A DNA stretch of 64,000 nt from Candidatus Saganbacteria bacterium (GTDB lineage Bacteria > Margulisbacteria > WOR-1 > O2-12-FULL-45-9), in contig JAFGDE010000015.1 of NCBI GenBank assembly GCA_016932255.1, forward strand, positions 29,694 to 93,693, given 5' to 3'. Made by a program: the position numbers and the translations under genes. Of this stretch, positions 61,600 to 64,000 are shown piece after piece (the stretch's first letter is position 1; each line of letters begins with the position of its first letter). Under the pieces are notes generated by a model. It worked only from the letters and a program-made list of their open reading frames with translations. It was not told the DNA's origin and searched no databases.

Positions 61600-64000
61600 C
61601 TTTTTTCTTCCGGGCGGCAGCGCTACCTGCCGAGGCCTTCGTCCTGGTGGCTTTAAAACTGATGCGGTCCTTCTCGACCTTCAGGCTGATCTTGCTGCCA
61701 TAAGGGAACTTGCCCCTGAGTACTTCTTCGGAAAGCGGGTCCTCGATAAATTCCTGGATGGCGCGGCGCAGCGGCCGGGCCCCCATCTTCGAATCATAAC
61801 TTTTATCGACCAGGAAATCCCTGGCCTTCTTGGCCAACTGGATCGCCAGGCCTTTTTCATCCAGGCGCTGATTCATGTCCGCTATCATAATATCAACTAT
61901 CGCGGCCAGGTCCTGTTTTGACAGGGGGCGGAAAACGACCTTTTCATCGACGCGGTTAAGGAACTCCGGCTTGAATTCCTTGTTCAGCTGCTCCAGCACT
62001 GTCTCCTTCATTTTCTCATAGCCGGACTCGGCATCGTTGCGCGTGATAAAGCCGATCGAGGTCTCTTTTCTAATGAACTCCGCGCCGACATTGCTGGTCA
62101 TAATGATGACCGTGTTCTTAAAGTCGATCTGCCGCCCTTGCGAATCGGTGATCTGGCCGTCATCCAGGATCTGCAGCATGATGTTCATCACGTTCTGATG
62201 GGCCTTCTCGATCTCATCGAACAGCACCACCGAATGCGGCCGCCGCCGTATCGCTTCGGTCAACTGGCCGCCTTCGCCAAAGCCAACGTAGCCGGGCGGG
62301 GAACCGACCAGGCGCGAAACAGAATGCTGCTCCAAGTATTCTGACATATCTATGCGCACCACCGCGTCCATATCGCCGAACAGGAACTCAGCCAGCCGTT
62401 TGGCTAGTTCGGTCTTGCCGACCCCTGAGGGCCCGAGGAAGATGAACGAACCTGTCGGCCGCTTGGGGTCCTTGAGCCCGGCCCTGGCCCGTCTAATCGA
62501 GCGCGAGACCACAGCCACTGCCTGGTCCTGGCCGACCACATGCTGTTTCAAGACCTCTTCCATTTTGAGCAGTCTTTCTGTTTCTTCCGCGGTCAGCTGG
62601 GTCACCGGCACACCTGTCCAGACAGAGACAACTTGGGCGATCACTTCAGAATCAACCTCAGGATAGCCTTCAGGCGACAAGCCGTCCAGTTTCTTAGAAA
62701 TGGCCTCGTACTGCAGACGCAGGGCTTCTTCTTTGTCGCGCAGGCGGGCCGCCAGCTCGAACTGCTGGTCTTCGACCGCCTGGGTCTTTTGTGCTTTAAC
62801 GTCCTCGATCTGCTTGGTTATCTCGACCAGCTCCGGCGGCGCCTTGGTCGACTGGAGCATGACCTTGGAGGCGGCCTCGTCGATCAAGTCAATTGCCTTG
62901 TCCGGCATATGCCGGTCAGAGATATAACGGGCTGAGAGCCGGGCGGCGGCTACCAGGGCATCCTCGGTTATCTTGACCTTGTGGAAGTCCTCGTAGCGCT
63001 CGCGCAGGCCTTTGAGGATCTCGATCGTGTCCTGAACAGTGGGTTCTTCGACCATAACGGACTGGAAGCGGCGCTCGAGCGCCGGGTCGGATTCAATGCG
63101 CTTGCGGAATTCGTCAATGGTCGTCGCGCCGATGACCTGGAGCTCGCCGCGGGCCAATGCCGGCTTCATGATATTTGCTGCGTCCATAGCGCCTTCAGCC
63201 GCGCCGGCGCCGATCAGCGTGTGCAGTTCGTCGATGAAGAGAATCAGTTCGCCGTCCCGGGAAACCTCATCGATCACCTTTTTCATTCTTTCCTCGAACT
63301 CGCCGCGATAGCGAGTGCCCGCGATCATCAGGCCCATATCCAAGGTGACCAGCCTCTTGCGCAGGAGCGGCGGCGGCACATTGCCGCTGACTATGCGTTG
63401 GGCCAGGCCTTCGACGATCGCGGTCTTGCCCACGCCGGCCTCACCGATCAGCACAGGATTGTTCTTTTTGCGCCGCGACAAGACCTGAGTGACCCGCTCG
63501 ATCTCCTTATGCCGGCCAACCACCGGATCGAGCCGCTTTTCCCTGGCCTGGGCGGTCAGATCACGGCTAAAGGAATCAAGCACCGGGGTCTTGCTGCTCC
63601 GGGGCAGTTTGCGCGAAACAGAAGAAACCTCGCCAAGCACGGCAACTACCCGCTGCTTGGCCGAGGAGATATTAATACCGAAATCAGCCAGCACCTCGCC
63701 GACCGCACCGCTGCTTTCACGGATAATGCCCAGGAGAAGATGTTCGACCCCGACGTAACTGTGCCCTAATGCCCGGGCTTCATCCCAGGCCAGTTCAATG
63801 ACCTTTTTTACCTGAGCGTTGAAAGGCGCCTCCGGACCTGTTTTAGGCTCAGGATTCTCGACCCCTAGCAGGTCTTCCAGCCGGTCCTTCAGTTCGGCCG
63901 GGTCCAGACGGTAGTATTCCAGGGTCCTGAGCACGATCTGATCACCCTCTCGCAGCATGCCCAGCAGGAGATGCTCCGCTCCGACAAAGGTGGAATTAAG
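61574..64000 (-). CDS. clpC: ATP-dependent Clp protease ATP-binding subunit ClpC, N-terminus cut by window edge
   Basis: The frame stays open upstream of the track Met (63958) to the window end (...[15 protein letters not shown], Clp_N repeat). Two AAA modules ([16 protein letters not shown]). UVR-like linker [14 protein letters not shown]. Confidence 0.9.
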   Translation of the reverse strand, partial: LNSTFVGAEHLLLGMLREGDQIVLRTLEYYRLDPAELKDRLEDLLGVENPEPKTGPEAPFNAQVKKVIELAWDEARALGHSYVGVEHLLLGIIRESSGAVGEVLADFGINISSAKQRVVAVLGEVSSVSRKLPRSSKTPVLDSFSRDLTAQAREKRLDPVVGRHKEIERVTQVLSRRKKNNPVLIGEAGVGKTAIVEGLAQRIVSGNVPPPLLRKRLVTLDMGLMIAGTRYRGEFEERMKKVIDEVSRDGELILFIDELHTLIGAGAAEGAMDAANIMKPALARGELQVIGATTIDEFRKRIESDPALERRFQSVMVEEPTVQDTIEILKGLRERYEDFHKVKITEDALVAAARLSARYISDRHMPDKAIDLIDEAASKVMLQSTKAPPELVEITKQIEDVKAQKTQAVEDQQFELAARLRDKEEALRLQYEAISKKLDGLSPEGYPEVDSEVIAQVVSVWTGVPVTQLTAEETERLLKMEEVLKQHVVGQDQAVAVVSRSIRRARAGLKDPKRPTGSFIFLGPSGVGKTELAKRLAEFLFGDMDAVVRIDMSEYLEQHSVSRLVGSPPGYVGFGEGGQLTEAIRRRPHSVVLFDEIEKAHQNVMNIMLQILDDGQITDSQGRQIDFKNTVIIMTSNVGAEFIRKETSIGFITRNDAESGYEKMKETVLEQLNKEFKPEFLNRVDEKVVFRPLSKQDLAAIVDIMIADMNQRLDEKGLAIQLAKKARDFLVDKSYDSKMGARPLRRAIQEFIEDPLSEEVLRGKFPYGSKISLKVEKDRISFKATRTKASAGSAAARKKKDEPALSAE

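Overview
Bacterial chromosomal window with about 70 protein genes. I recognised no rRNA, tRNA or CRISPR array. The gene content suggests an anaerobic diderm organism: an SLH-anchored beta-barrel porin, a secretin, a LapA-like protein, Rex, and a cytoplasmic NiFe hydrogenase. Taxonomy cannot be fixed from this window alone. Housekeeping genes are ruvB, hisB, pyrC, rnc, leuC-type dehydratase, radA, clpC (cut by the window edge), ribD, rpe, nadK, tlyA, comM/yifB, yraN, HU, an Slt-type lytic transglycosylase and a DUF1015 protein. Five things stand out. (1) An A/T-rich island (about 7.5-18.3 kb) holds five radical-SAM proteins (three B12-type, one SPASM, one DUF512-like), three GT2 glycosyltransferases and a U32-like protein. 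A large SAM methyltransferase, an ABC exporter and a receiver-only response regulator flank it. Inside the island is an unannotated 45-aa Lys-rich ORF with its own near-consensus promoter, strong SD and a downstream hairpin. A second 45-aa ORF with weak similarity lies at the island edge. I cannot map the island to a named pathway; a peptide-derived glycosylated product (mycofactocin-like logic) or a heavily tailored glycoconjugate are the working hypotheses. (2) A group-3b-like NiFe hydrogenase operon preceded by a Rex box is followed by a maturation protease, a HypA-like protein lacking the zinc domain, a HypC::HydE fusion ORF and HydG. No hypB/D/E/F or hydF lies in the window. (3) A ~125-bp composite inverted-repeat element (GGGTTCTGGG / CCCAGAACCC arms, A/T core with a -10-like box) occurs three times, always in the same orientation upstream of a gene. 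(4) A PknB-like kinase with degenerate catalytic motifs is encoded separately from its PASTA domains. (5) An HD-domain protein with a possible HYD1-type ADP-ribosyltransferase C-terminus lies next to an ADP-ribosylglycohydrolase. All family calls come from motif recognition by eye; no searches were run.
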